A stretch of DNA of 57,046 nucleotides from Nitrospirota bacterium (GTDB lineage: Bacteria > JACPQY01): assembly GCA_016180645.1 (NCBI GenBank), contig JACPAV010000027.1, forward strand, positions 1 to 57,046, read 5' to 3'. Positions 1 to 7,881 of the stretch are shown piece by piece (within the stretch, counting starts at the first letter, position 1; each line of letters starts with the position of its first letter). The notes below the pieces were generated by a model, which saw only the letters and a program-made list of their open reading frames with translations, was not told the DNA's origin and ran no database searches. The position numbers and the translations under genes are program-made.

Positions 1-12
1 TGGTGAGTGAGC

Positions 13-190
13 GGACGCGGGCGTAAAGCCCGCGCCTACCAAGATCAAGAAGCGCCGGCCTCGGGTAGCCGCACCCTTTATGGGTGCGTCTTCGGACGCA
101 GGCATAAAGCCCCATGCCACGGAGGGCATGGGACCATGAGATGTCGCCGCGCCCAGGATGGCGCGGCATGTAACATGGCCCGCGCCTACC
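13..190. repeat. Cluster of GTAG-family REP-like palindromes (one REP doublet interrupted by a second hairpin element)
   Basis: GGTAGCCGCACCCTTTATGGGTGCGTCTTCGGACGCAGGCATAAAGCCC at 63-111 is completed by GCGCCTACC at 182-190 after an insert. A right half GCGGGCGTAAAGCCCGCGCCTACC lies at 17-40. A near-identical inverted copy is at 18078-18135. Confidence 0.8.
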
Positions 191-358
191 AAGATTTATT
201 GGCGAGGACAGATCAGTTCTCCGGGGTTCTCCGGGGTTCTCAGATGCTCCCCCATGCCGTACCCTCCGTGCATCACTCCACATGCGTTGACGCATGAGAG
301 TCCTTTAGCCCATTTTACCGCTCGTTGTCAAGTGGTTGTTAATTCCCGTCGCGGCAAT

Positions 359-509
359 CGCGGCGTGAGTCTTCGGCCTTGGACCCTCCTCCTATGGAGA
401 CTGGACCTCGATAGCGGCTATCGAGGACTAACCTCGGGACCTGAGCCGGTCTGCCCGGAACCTTGCCGCAGAACATTCAGTAATCCAGGTTGGACGAAGT
501 ACCCGCGCG
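359..509. ncRNA. Candidate structured non-coding RNA (6S-like or cis-regulatory; family unassigned)
   Basis: Ends pair (CGCGG/CCGCG, CTTCG/CGAAG, TGGA/TCCA). Internal 10-bp inverted repeat CCTCGATAGC/GCTATCGAGG and an AGACTGG/CCGGTCT stem. No convincing ORF. Confidence 0.3.
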
Positions 510-555
510 TGGGGCCGAGACCGGCAGGCTTGGGGGAGATCCGAGAGAAGCGGCG

Positions 556-1254
556 TCAGCCGCTCTTCTTCTTACGGAGGATCCAGATTTCGACGCGGCG
601 GTTGCGAGGATCGTCGGGCGTCAGATCCTGGAGTGGATCGTAGTGGGCGCGACCCGACACGGCCATTCTAAAAGGGTCCACGCCCTTGAATTCCATGTAG
701 CGCGCCACCGATGCCGCGCGCGCGGAGGAGAGTTCCCAGTTGGAAGGATAGATCGGGCTGGAGACAGGCTCCGGATCGGTGTGGCCCTCCACGCGAACAT
801 CGTTGGTCAACCCACGGAGGAGTTCCGAAATCTTGTTGAGCACCGGCAGCGACTCCGCGCGCAGCCGCGCGCTCGCTGGATCGAAAAACAGAGACTCGTT
901 CAGGATTTGCAGGACAAGGGCCTCCTCGCGGGTTTCGATCTTGACCTCTCCGCGCTTGAGTTCCTGGCTCAGTCGCTCGTAGAAAGCCTCTTCAATCTTC
1001 TTGAGCTGATTTATTTCCGGAATGGGATTCGGACGCGAGTGAACCGGCTCTTTCCCGATGATCGTGAACGCCTCCCGCCACTGCTGAAGAAAACTGACCA
1101 TCCTTGATTCACTCACCTCCGAAACCGAGTACAAGAAAATGAAGAGTGCAAGAAGGAGCGTGATCATGTCCGCGTAGGTGAGGAGCCATCGGAGCCCCCC
1201 GCCCGCGTCGTGGCCTCCCCCTCCCCCTTCGCCGTGACCGCCTTTCTTTCTCAT
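556..1254 (-). CDS. motB: Flagellar-type stator protein MotB (TM + OmpA-like domain)
   Basis: WLLTYADMITLLLALF with the conserved Asp; VEGHTD, NWELSSARA and RNRRVEI motifs. Confidence 0.93.
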   Translation of the reverse strand: MRKKGGHGEGGGGGHDAGGGLRWLLTYADMITLLLALFIFLYSVSEVSESRMVSFLQQWREAFTIIGKEPVHSRPNPIPEINQLKKIEEAFYERLSQELKRGEVKIETREEALVLQILNESLFFDPASARLRAESLPVLNKISELLRGLTNDVRVEGHTDPEPVSSPIYPSNWELSSARAASVARYMEFKGVDPFRMAVSGRAHYDPLQDLTPDDPRNRRVEIWILRKKKSG

Positions 1255-1265
1255 GTTCGTATGAG

Positions 1266-1292
1266 GGTAGCGGAGCCTGAAGGCCCCGCTGC
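1266..1292. repeat. GTAG-family REP-like hairpin between motA and motB
   Basis: GGTAGCGGAGCC-TGAA-GGCCCCGCTGC. Confidence 0.55.
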
Positions 1293-1335
1293 GAGATGAA
1301 TGGCCCGCAGATTCAGCGTCAAACCGCCGGCAACT

Positions 1336-2184
1336 CTAGGCCGCTTTCCGCTCTTCACCGGCCGCGGCCGCCGCGCGGCCCTCCTCCTCCCGTTTGAAGG
1401 CGAAGAAGGAGTTCACCCGGTCCTGGATGTAGGTGGGGTGCTCGCCCTGCTGAAGCGAGAGGAGCCCTTCCATGGCCACTTCGAGCATGAACCGTTCGTT
1501 TTCCGAGCGGGCTTTCAGTTTCCGCTGGATTGGGAGAAAAAGAATGTTTGCGCTGAGAATCCCATAGAACGTGGCGATGAAAGCCGTGGCAATCGCGCCG
1601 ACGACCTTCGATGCTCCTTCCCCTCCAGCGGCGCCCGCTTCGCTCAACGCAGCGATCAGGCCTACGACGGTGCCGATGATACCCATCGTCGGCGCGTATC
1701 CTCCCATGGACCCCCACACCTCCGAGCCGATGTTGTGGCGCTGCTCCATCCGCGAAACATTGTTCTCCAAGACCTCACGGACGAGCTTGGGATCGACGCC
1801 GTCAATGATCATACGAAGTCCTTTGTAGATGAAGGCGTTGTCCAATGCGGCGAGGTCCGATTCCAGTTGAAGGATGCCGCCGCGACGCGCGCGTTGAGCC
1901 CAGTTGACCAGCGTGTTCGTCAGGTCGTCCTTGTCGATGGAAATCTGCGAGAAAGCCATGAAGAAAAGGCGGGGCACTTGGAGCATGTCCTTCACGGGAA
2001 ACGAAAGCATCGTCGCCCCGTAGGTGCCGCCGAAAATGATCATGATCGGCGAGATCTTCAGGAAGGCCGATCCAAAGTCAGGATTCATGTGATTGAACTC
2101 AATGACAATGGCGCCGACGATCGAGATCATCCCGATGGCCAAGCCGAGCGGAGTGGAAGGTTGGAGTCCCTTGTTGATCCTCAT
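1336..2184 (-). CDS. motA: Stator protein MotA
   Basis: ARRGGILQLE, GGYAPTMGIIGTVVGLI and AFIATFYG motifs; adjacent to motB. Confidence 0.93.
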   Translation of the reverse strand: MRINKGLQPSTPLGLAIGMISIVGAIVIEFNHMNPDFGSAFLKISPIMIIFGGTYGATMLSFPVKDMLQVPRLFFMAFSQISIDKDDLTNTLVNWAQRARRGGILQLESDLAALDNAFIYKGLRMIIDGVDPKLVREVLENNVSRMEQRHNIGSEVWGSMGGYAPTMGIIGTVVGLIAALSEAGAAGGEGASKVVGAIATAFIATFYGILSANILFLPIQRKLKARSENERFMLEVAMEGLLSLQQGEHPTYIQDRVNSFFAFKREEEGRAAAAAGEERKAA

Positions 2185-2226
2185 GTACTACATTCCTATT
2201 TCGGAAAAAATTGGAAAAACTCTGCT

Positions 2227-2255
2227 ATTTTATCGCGATAGATATCTGAAGTCAA
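2227..2255 (-). promoter_or_regulatory. Sigma70-type promoter for motAB
   Basis: TTGACT-17 nt-TAAAAT on the minus strand. Confidence 0.6.
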
Positions 2256-2431
2256 CTCGACTCACTCGTGAGTGTGGTGGCTCAGTGAAAAGGTCCTGCC
2301 ATGACTGCCGCGCACGATTGGAAAAAATCTTCGGAAGGATTTGCTCCTGCCCGATCGGATCCTCGCGTTGAAGAAACCGCCCCCCCCCGTTCCTGGAGCG
2401 GAATCAAAGACTCAGCCGGGAAGCAACACCC

Positions 2432-5413
2432 CTATGCGGCGCAGAGGTGGCGGAGGACGGCTTGGAGGATGCCGCCGTGGCGGTAGTATTCGACTTCGAC
2501 GCGGGTGTTGAGTCGCGCGATGGCCCGGAACTCAGTGGTCTTCCCCTCCCCCGTTTTCACCCGGACGGTCAACATTTTTCGCGGCTCGATCCCTTCGGAG
2601 ACGCGGACGATGTCGAAGGTTTCCCGCCCCGTCAGGCCGAGTGATTCCCTCGACTGCCCGCTCTCGAACTGAAGCGGGAGCACGCCCATCCCAACCAGAT
2701 TGCTCCGGTGGATTCGCTCGTAGCTCTCGGCGATCACGGCGCGCACGCCGAGCAGGCTCGGCCCCTTGGCCGCCCAATCGCGCGAGCTCCCCGATCCGTA
2801 TTCCTTGCCTGCGAGGATGATCGAGGGCACGCCCTCCTTCCGATACTGCATGGCGGCATCGAAAATGGACATCTGCGCGCCATCCGGCATGTGGACCGTC
2901 ACGCTTCCTTCGACTCCCGGCAGCAGAAGATTCTTCAGTCGGACGTTCGCAAAAGTGCCGCGCATCATTACGTCGTGGCTGCCGCGGCGGGCGCCATACT
3001 GATTGAAATCCTTCGGCGATACTCCGCGCTGGATCAGGTAGCGGCCCGCCGGGCTGTCCTTCCCGATCGAGCCGGCCGGCGAAATATGGTCCGTGGTCAC
3101 GGAATCGCCCAGCACGGCGAGGACACGCGCCCCCGCGATGTCGGCCAACGCCGGCGGCGTAAGCGTCATGCCCTCGAAAAACGGCGGTGACTGAATGTAG
3201 GTCGAACTGGAATCCCACGCGTAGAGATCACTGGCCTCAACCTTGAGCGCGTTCCAACGTCCATCGCCTTCGAAGACCGAGGCGTATCGTGAAGAAAACA
3301 TCCTTGAGTTGAGCGCGCGGCCCATGACAGCCCGCACGTCGTTGAGTACCGGCCAGATCTCACGGAGGAAGACCGGCTTGCCGTCCAAACCCGTCCCCAA
3401 CGGCTCTGATTCAAAATCGATGTCCACCCGGCCCGCGAGAGCAAAGGCGACAACGAGCGGAGGCGACGCCAGATAGTTCGCACGGACGTTCGCGTGGATC
3501 CGTCCCTCAAAATTCCGATTGCCGCTGAGAACGGCCGCCGCGACGAGGTTCCCTTCTTGAATGCCCCGAACGATCGGTTCGGGCAACGGCCCGCTGTTCC
3601 CGATGCAGGTGGTGCAACCGAAGCCCACGAGATGAAAATTGAGCCGTTCGAGTGGTTCGAGGAGTCCCGCCGATTTCAGATAGTCCACCACCACGCGGGA
3701 ACCGGGAGCAAGGCTTGTCTTGACGTGCTTCGGAACGCGGAGTCCCCTCTCCGACGCCCGTTTCGCAAGCAGGCCCGCGCCCACAAGAACGGCCGGGTTG
3801 GACGTATTGGTACAACTCGTGATTGCGGCGATGACGATCGAGCCGTGCCGGAGAGCGGCGGATTGGCCATCGAGTTCGACGTTGACGCATTTCTCCACCA
3901 CCGCGGGGGCGAGTTCGAATCCGCGCTCTTTCACCGGGGCCGTGAGCACCTCACGGAAGGCTTTCTTGGATTCGCGGAGCGGCACTCGGTCGTGCGGCCG
4001 CTTCGGTCCGGCGATGGACGGTTCCACCGCGGCAAGATCCAGCTCCAAGAGATCGGAAAACTCCGGCTCGGGAGCGGACGCCGTCCGAAAAAGCCCCTGC
4101 TCCTTGCAGTAGGCTTCCACGCGATTCACCATGTCCTTCGGGCGGCCCGTTAGCGTCAAATACTCAAGTGTTTCTTGATCGACAGGGAAGAAGCCGACGG
4201 TGGCGCCGTATTCCGGACACATGTTCGAGATCGTCGCGCGGTCCGCGAGGCTCAGGGAATCGAGGCCGGAGCCGCAAAACTCGACGAACTTCTCCACCAC
4301 GCCGCGTTTCCGGAGCATTTGGGTGACGGTGAGGACGAGGTCCGTTGCCGTTGCCCCCGGAGAAAGGCGCCCCGTGAGTCTGAACCCGACTACGGGCGGA
4401 ACGGGCATATTGAACGGCTGACCCAGCATGGCGGCCTCCGCCTCGATTCCGCCGACGCCCCAGCCGACCACGCCGAGTCCGTTGATCATCGTCGTGTGCG
4501 AGTCGGTTCCCACGAGCGTGTCGGGAAAAGCCATGCTTACGCCGTTCACCTCCCGCGCGGTCACGACCGAGGCAAGGTGCTCCAGATTGACCTGGTGGAC
4601 GATGCCGGTTTCAGGCGGCACCACGCGGAAGTTCTTGAACGCCTTCTGCCCCCACTTGAGAAAAGTGTAGCGTTCGCGGTTCCGTTCGTATTCGAGGTCT
4701 GCGTTTCGCGCAAATGAATCGGGGGAGCCGAAGGCATCGACTTGCACGGAGTGGTCGATCACAAGGTCCACCGGAAACAGCGGGTTGATCTTTTTCGGAT
4801 CGGATCCGAGCCGCTTCGCCGTGTCCCGCATGGCGGCCAGATCCACCACCACGGGCACGCCGGTGAAATCCTGGAGAATCACGCGGGCCGGCAGGAATGG
4901 GATGTCTCCCTCGGGAACCGATCGGGGGTTCCATTTCAGCAGCGTCTCAATATGGGATTTTTCCACGACCCGCCCGTCTTCATTTCGCAATAGATTCTCC
5001 AGCAGAATCCGGATCGAATACGGCAAACGGGAGATGGAGACGCCGCTTCGCTTCTCCAAGTCAACCAAGCGGAAGATCGTGAAGGCTTCTCCGCCGACTT
5101 TCAGAGCGCCACGGACGCCGAATCCGTCCTTGGGCAGGGGCTCACCCCCACCCGCCACGGAACCCGCCTTGGACTCGGCGGGCAGGTCGGCGGGTAGGCC
5201 CGCACCCTCCCCCGTCGAGGGGGAGGGAAAAGAAGGCTGGCGCTGCTTCCCTTTTGTCCCTTCCCCCCTTGAGGGGGAAGGTGAGGATGGGGGGTGCTGG
5301 ACGGACACCCTCTTCCTATGAGCCGCGGCCCGGCGGGTTTTCCCACGAGATTGGGGGGAACGACGTGACCGGGACTTTGAAGTGGAACGACTCGAAGCTT
5401 TCTTGCGTTTCAT
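2432..5413 (-). CDS. acnA: Aconitate hydratase A with basic, repeat-derived N-terminal extension
   Basis: QDFTGVP, DLVIDHSVQVD, GTDSHT, AITSCTNTSNP, GCTTCIGNSG, TTDHISPAG and GSSRDWAAKG motifs. Confidence 0.97.
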   Translation of the reverse strand: MKRKKASSRSTSKSRSRRSPQSRGKTRRAAAHRKRVSVQHPPSSPSPSRGEGTKGKQRQPSFPSPSTGEGAGLPADLPAESKAGSVAGGGEPLPKDGFGVRGALKVGGEAFTIFRLVDLEKRSGVSISRLPYSIRILLENLLRNEDGRVVEKSHIETLLKWNPRSVPEGDIPFLPARVILQDFTGVPVVVDLAAMRDTAKRLGSDPKKINPLFPVDLVIDHSVQVDAFGSPDSFARNADLEYERNRERYTFLKWGQKAFKNFRVVPPETGIVHQVNLEHLASVVTAREVNGVSMAFPDTLVGTDSHTTMINGLGVVGWGVGGIEAEAAMLGQPFNMPVPPVVGFRLTGRLSPGATATDLVLTVTQMLRKRGVVEKFVEFCGSGLDSLSLADRATISNMCPEYGATVGFFPVDQETLEYLTLTGRPKDMVNRVEAYCKEQGLFRTASAPEPEFSDLLELDLAAVEPSIAGPKRPHDRVPLRESKKAFREVLTAPVKERGFELAPAVVEKCVNVELDGQSAALRHGSIVIAAITSCTNTSNPAVLVGAGLLAKRASERGLRVPKHVKTSLAPGSRVVVDYLKSAGLLEPLERLNFHLVGFGCTTCIGNSGPLPEPIVRGIQEGNLVAAAVLSGNRNFEGRIHANVRANYLASPPLVVAFALAGRVDIDFESEPLGTGLDGKPVFLREIWPVLNDVRAVMGRALNSRMFSSRYASVFEGDGRWNALKVEASDLYAWDSSSTYIQSPPFFEGMTLTPPALADIAGARVLAVLGDSVTTDHISPAGSIGKDSPAGRYLIQRGVSPKDFNQYGARRGSHDVMMRGTFANVRLKNLLLPGVEGSVTVHMPDGAQMSIFDAAMQYRKEGVPSIILAGKEYGSGSSRDWAAKGPSLLGVRAVIAESYERIHRSNLVGMGVLPLQFESGQSRESLGLTGRETFDIVRVSEGIEPRKMLTVRVKTGEGKTTEFRAIARLNTRVEVEYYRHGGILQAVLRHLCAA
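5142..5296. repeat. Bipartite palindromic element (CACCCCCACCC..CCTCCCCC/GGGGGAGGG) with nested CCCGCC/GGCGGG inserts, in frame in acnA
   Basis: Inverted ends CACCCCCA...TGGGGGGTG; two CCCCC/GGGGG hairpins; shares sequence with 18016-18077. Confidence 0.8.
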
Positions 5414-5473
5414 TGTGCGGATTGTGAGGACACTGTCGCCACCGTTACAACGGCGACGGTCAAACTTTTCCGA

Positions 5474-6571
5474 CTATCTTCGCTTGCCCTTCTTCGCTGC
5501 CCGCCGCCCGGCCTTCTTCGACCTGCGAACCGGTTTTCGGGCTTTCCGAGCCGGCTTCCTCGACGCTTTCTTTCGCGCCTTGACCTTGGGCCTGGGCTTC
5601 GCCGATTTCTTCTTCGGCTTCGCCTTCGGTTTGGCCTTCGGTCGGGATCTTGGCTTCGCAGCAGATGTCTCCCGAGCCGCCGGTTTGGGGGCGGCTGCGG
5701 CCTTGGAGGATGCAAGGAGGACGGCGCAGGACACCTCTCCGGAGGTTACCGCCAGAGGGCAGTACCAAGCCGTCTCCCCCTGCTCGGCCGTGATTCCATC
5801 TCCACGCGACTCGCTGAGAACCTCGGGGGGCTCGATGTCCACTTCCTTCCCCATCTGGGCCATTCGGGCGGCGACGTTTCCGCACACCACATTCATGAAC
5901 TCTTTCACCGCATCCAGCGTCAACTCCGGCGACAGCTCGCTCGCCGGTTTTTCCAGCATGGCCGAGGCAATCTCCTGAATCTTGTCATCCGAAAGCGAAA
6001 GGACAAAGGTTCCGCCGAGGCCGCCGTTGAACTTGACGCCGAAGGTGGCGAGTCCGTGGCCGATTCTTCCCTCCGTTCTGGCGACGGTCTCCGCCTTCAC
6101 GAGCACATTCGCCACGCGGCGCAGCAGCTTCGCCACGAGATCGATGTACACGTCGTACTGCCGGTGGTAGGGCACGTCCGATGGGAAGAACTCGCGGTCG
6201 GCCACATACTCCCTCTGGGATTCGTCGAATTCTCTGAGCTCCCGATCCAAAACGTCTCTCGTGAGCGCGCCCTGTTCAATCAAGAGTTCCCCGAGGAACC
6301 GGTGGTCGTTTCTCTGGACGGTGAGAAGCTCATCCACCTGGGCGCGCGAGAGATAACCCAGTTCGACGGCAATTTCGCCGAAAAGCTTGTCCTTCCGTTT
6401 CTGCTCCTCGTGGATGAAATGGGCCTGCTCTTTGGTCAAGTAGCCCTTGCGAACCGAGTAGTCGCCGATGCGGAGGTTATATCGCTGCTGCTCGGAGACG
6501 GCCTTCACGAGACCTTCGCGGGTGACGAGATTCCTGTGCAGAAGATGCTGACCGAAAAACTTCACTCCCAA
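5474..6571 (-). CDS. MshEN-like repeats + CheX/CheC-type phosphatase domain + Lys/Arg/Ala-rich tail
   Basis: Four degenerate xxG..G.L....L...Q repeats; EFMNVVCGN (ExxN) motif; C-terminal KPKAKPKKKSAKP low complexity. Confidence 0.7.
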   Translation of the reverse strand: MGVKFFGQHLLHRNLVTREGLVKAVSEQQRYNLRIGDYSVRKGYLTKEQAHFIHEEQKRKDKLFGEIAVELGYLSRAQVDELLTVQRNDHRFLGELLIEQGALTRDVLDRELREFDESQREYVADREFFPSDVPYHRQYDVYIDLVAKLLRRVANVLVKAETVARTEGRIGHGLATFGVKFNGGLGGTFVLSLSDDKIQEIASAMLEKPASELSPELTLDAVKEFMNVVCGNVAARMAQMGKEVDIEPPEVLSESRGDGITAEQGETAWYCPLAVTSGEVSCAVLLASSKAAAAPKPAARETSAAKPRSRPKAKPKAKPKKKSAKPRPKVKARKKASRKPARKARKPVRRSKKAGRRAAKKGKRR

Positions 6572-6585
6572 GTTGCCTTTCGTAG

Positions 6586-6972
6586 CTATAGCTCCTTGAC
6601 GGTCTTGAGGATCTCCTCGCCGCGGAAGGGTTTCGAGATCACGCCTTTCGCGCCGAGCTGGAGGGCCTGGAGGGCTTTGTTGCCCACGGCCCCCACCGAT
6701 GAAATCATGACGACGCGGGCGTTTTTGTCCGCATCGAGAATCATCTTGAGCGCCTTGAGACCATCGAGAACCGGCATGACGATGTCCAAGAGTACCGCGT
6801 CCGGTTGGTGCGCCTTGTACATCTTGAGCCCCTCCGCCCCATTCGGGGCATGACCGACCACGTCGAATGTACCGTCGTCATCGAAGATTTTCTTGAGTTG
6901 GGTGAAAACGGACACACTGTCGTCAATGATGAGAACGCGCTTCTTTGCGGCTGCGGCTGGGGCTTCTTCCAT
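6586..6972 (-). CDS. Single-domain response regulator (CheY-like)
   Basis: IIDDS, LLDIVMP, ISS and KPF receiver motifs. Confidence 0.9.
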   Translation of the reverse strand: MEEAPAAAAKKRVLIIDDSVSVFTQLKKIFDDDGTFDVVGHAPNGAEGLKMYKAHQPDAVLLDIVMPVLDGLKALKMILDADKNARVVMISSVGAVGNKALQALQLGAKGVISKPFRGEEILKTVKEL

Positions 6973-7062
6973 TATTGATGCCGTAACTTATACCACAGGT
7001 GCCGATTGTCAAGTCAATTGCGGCTCAAGCAACGTCAGCAATTTGATTTCAAGGTTTGCCCC

Positions 7063-7091
7063 TTTACACGGCCACCGGTTTCCACTATCCT
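7063..7091 (+). promoter_or_regulatory. Putative sigma70 promoter facing rplU-rpmA
   Basis: TTTACA-17 nt-TATCCT. Confidence 0.45.
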
Positions 7092-7319
7092 ACCGCGCCA
7101 TGACCCCACCACCCGCAACCGGCTCGCCTGGAGAGCCGAAGAGCTCTAAGCTCGACTTTTGCCATTTTTCCATGCTGTGTGAACATCACTTCACGGGGGA
7201 AGGCCATTTCCACGCCGTGAATTTTGAGACAGGAGCCGTTCTCCGGTCTCGTTTCAAAATTCATCGCTCAGAATCTCGCTCGGACGGGAAGGTATCTTCA
7301 GCCACCGCTCAAGCGATTC

Positions 7320-7412
7320 GTAGGGGAGCATCTTCAGATGCTCCCTCTTGTCGGGAGGGTCTGAAGACCCTCCCCTACTTGCTCCCTCTTGTCGGGAGGG
7401 TCTGAAGACCCT
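7320..7412. repeat. GTAG-family REP doublet plus a 33-bp direct duplication
   Basis: GTAGGGGAGCATCTTCAGATGCTCCC...GGGAGGGTCTGAAGACCCTCCCCTAC at 7320-7378; 7339-7371 repeated exactly at 7380-7412. Confidence 0.85.
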
Positions 7413-7590
7413 GGAAGGAAATCAGGCGCAGCTCGGCGGGTCCGCCAAGGTGGTCGCTGAGATCGTCGCGCAGGGCAAATCGAAGAAGGTTGTCGTTTTC
7501 AAGAAACGTCGCCGCAAGCGCTATCGCCGGTTCCGCGGTCACCGGCAACCGTTCACCACGCTCCTCATCAAGGACATTCAAGTCCAGTAG
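7411..7590 (+). pseudogene. rplU: 50S ribosomal protein L21, C-terminal half only (5' truncated at the repeat)
   Basis: [38 protein letters not shown]; directly upstream of rpmA; no N-terminal GGKQY motif seen upstream. Confidence 0.8.
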
Positions 7591-7599
7591 TCCTAGGCT

Positions 7600-7869
7600 A
7601 TGGGAAGAAAGAAAGCGGGCAGCACAGGCGGTCATAACCGGAACAGTCCCGGTCGCCGCTTGGGAGTCAAGCGATTTGACGGTCAGGTCGTTCGGGCGGG
7701 AAACATCCTCGTCCGCCAGCGGGGCACTCGAATTCATCCTGGCTTGAATGTGGGACTCGGCCGCGATCACACGATTTTCGCCCTGATTGATGGCGTGGTG
7801 AAGTTCTCCCTGACCACCGCCGGACGACAGAAAGTCAGCGTCCTCCCGGCCGCCCAGCCCGCAGCCTGA
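7600..7869 (+). CDS. rpmA: 50S ribosomal protein L27
   Basis: [25 protein letters not shown]...[12 protein letters not shown]. Confidence 0.97.
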   Translation: MGRKKAGSTGGHNRNSPGRRLGVKRFDGQVVRAGNILVRQRGTRIHPGLNVGLGRDHTIFALIDGVVKFSLTTAGRQKVSVLPAAQPAA

Positions 7870-7881
7870 TCGGCCCTGGTC

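Noticed and set aside
13-250. Possible CRISPR array from repeated GCCCGCGCCTACCAAGAT
   Set aside because: Only two copies, no regular spacers and no cas genes; explained by REP arms.
425-445. c-di-AMP (ydaO) riboswitch from CTAACCTCG; SRP RNA from minus-strand TCAGGTCC
   Set aside because: The other conserved motifs of both families are absent.
556-2184. Zorya ZorAB anti-phage system
   Set aside because: MotA lacks the long ZorA tail and there are no zorC/D/E genes.
7160-7200. FolE-like SMLCEHH motif in ORF 6893-7405
   Set aside because: Short chance match; the rest of the ORF is promoter and repeat sequence.
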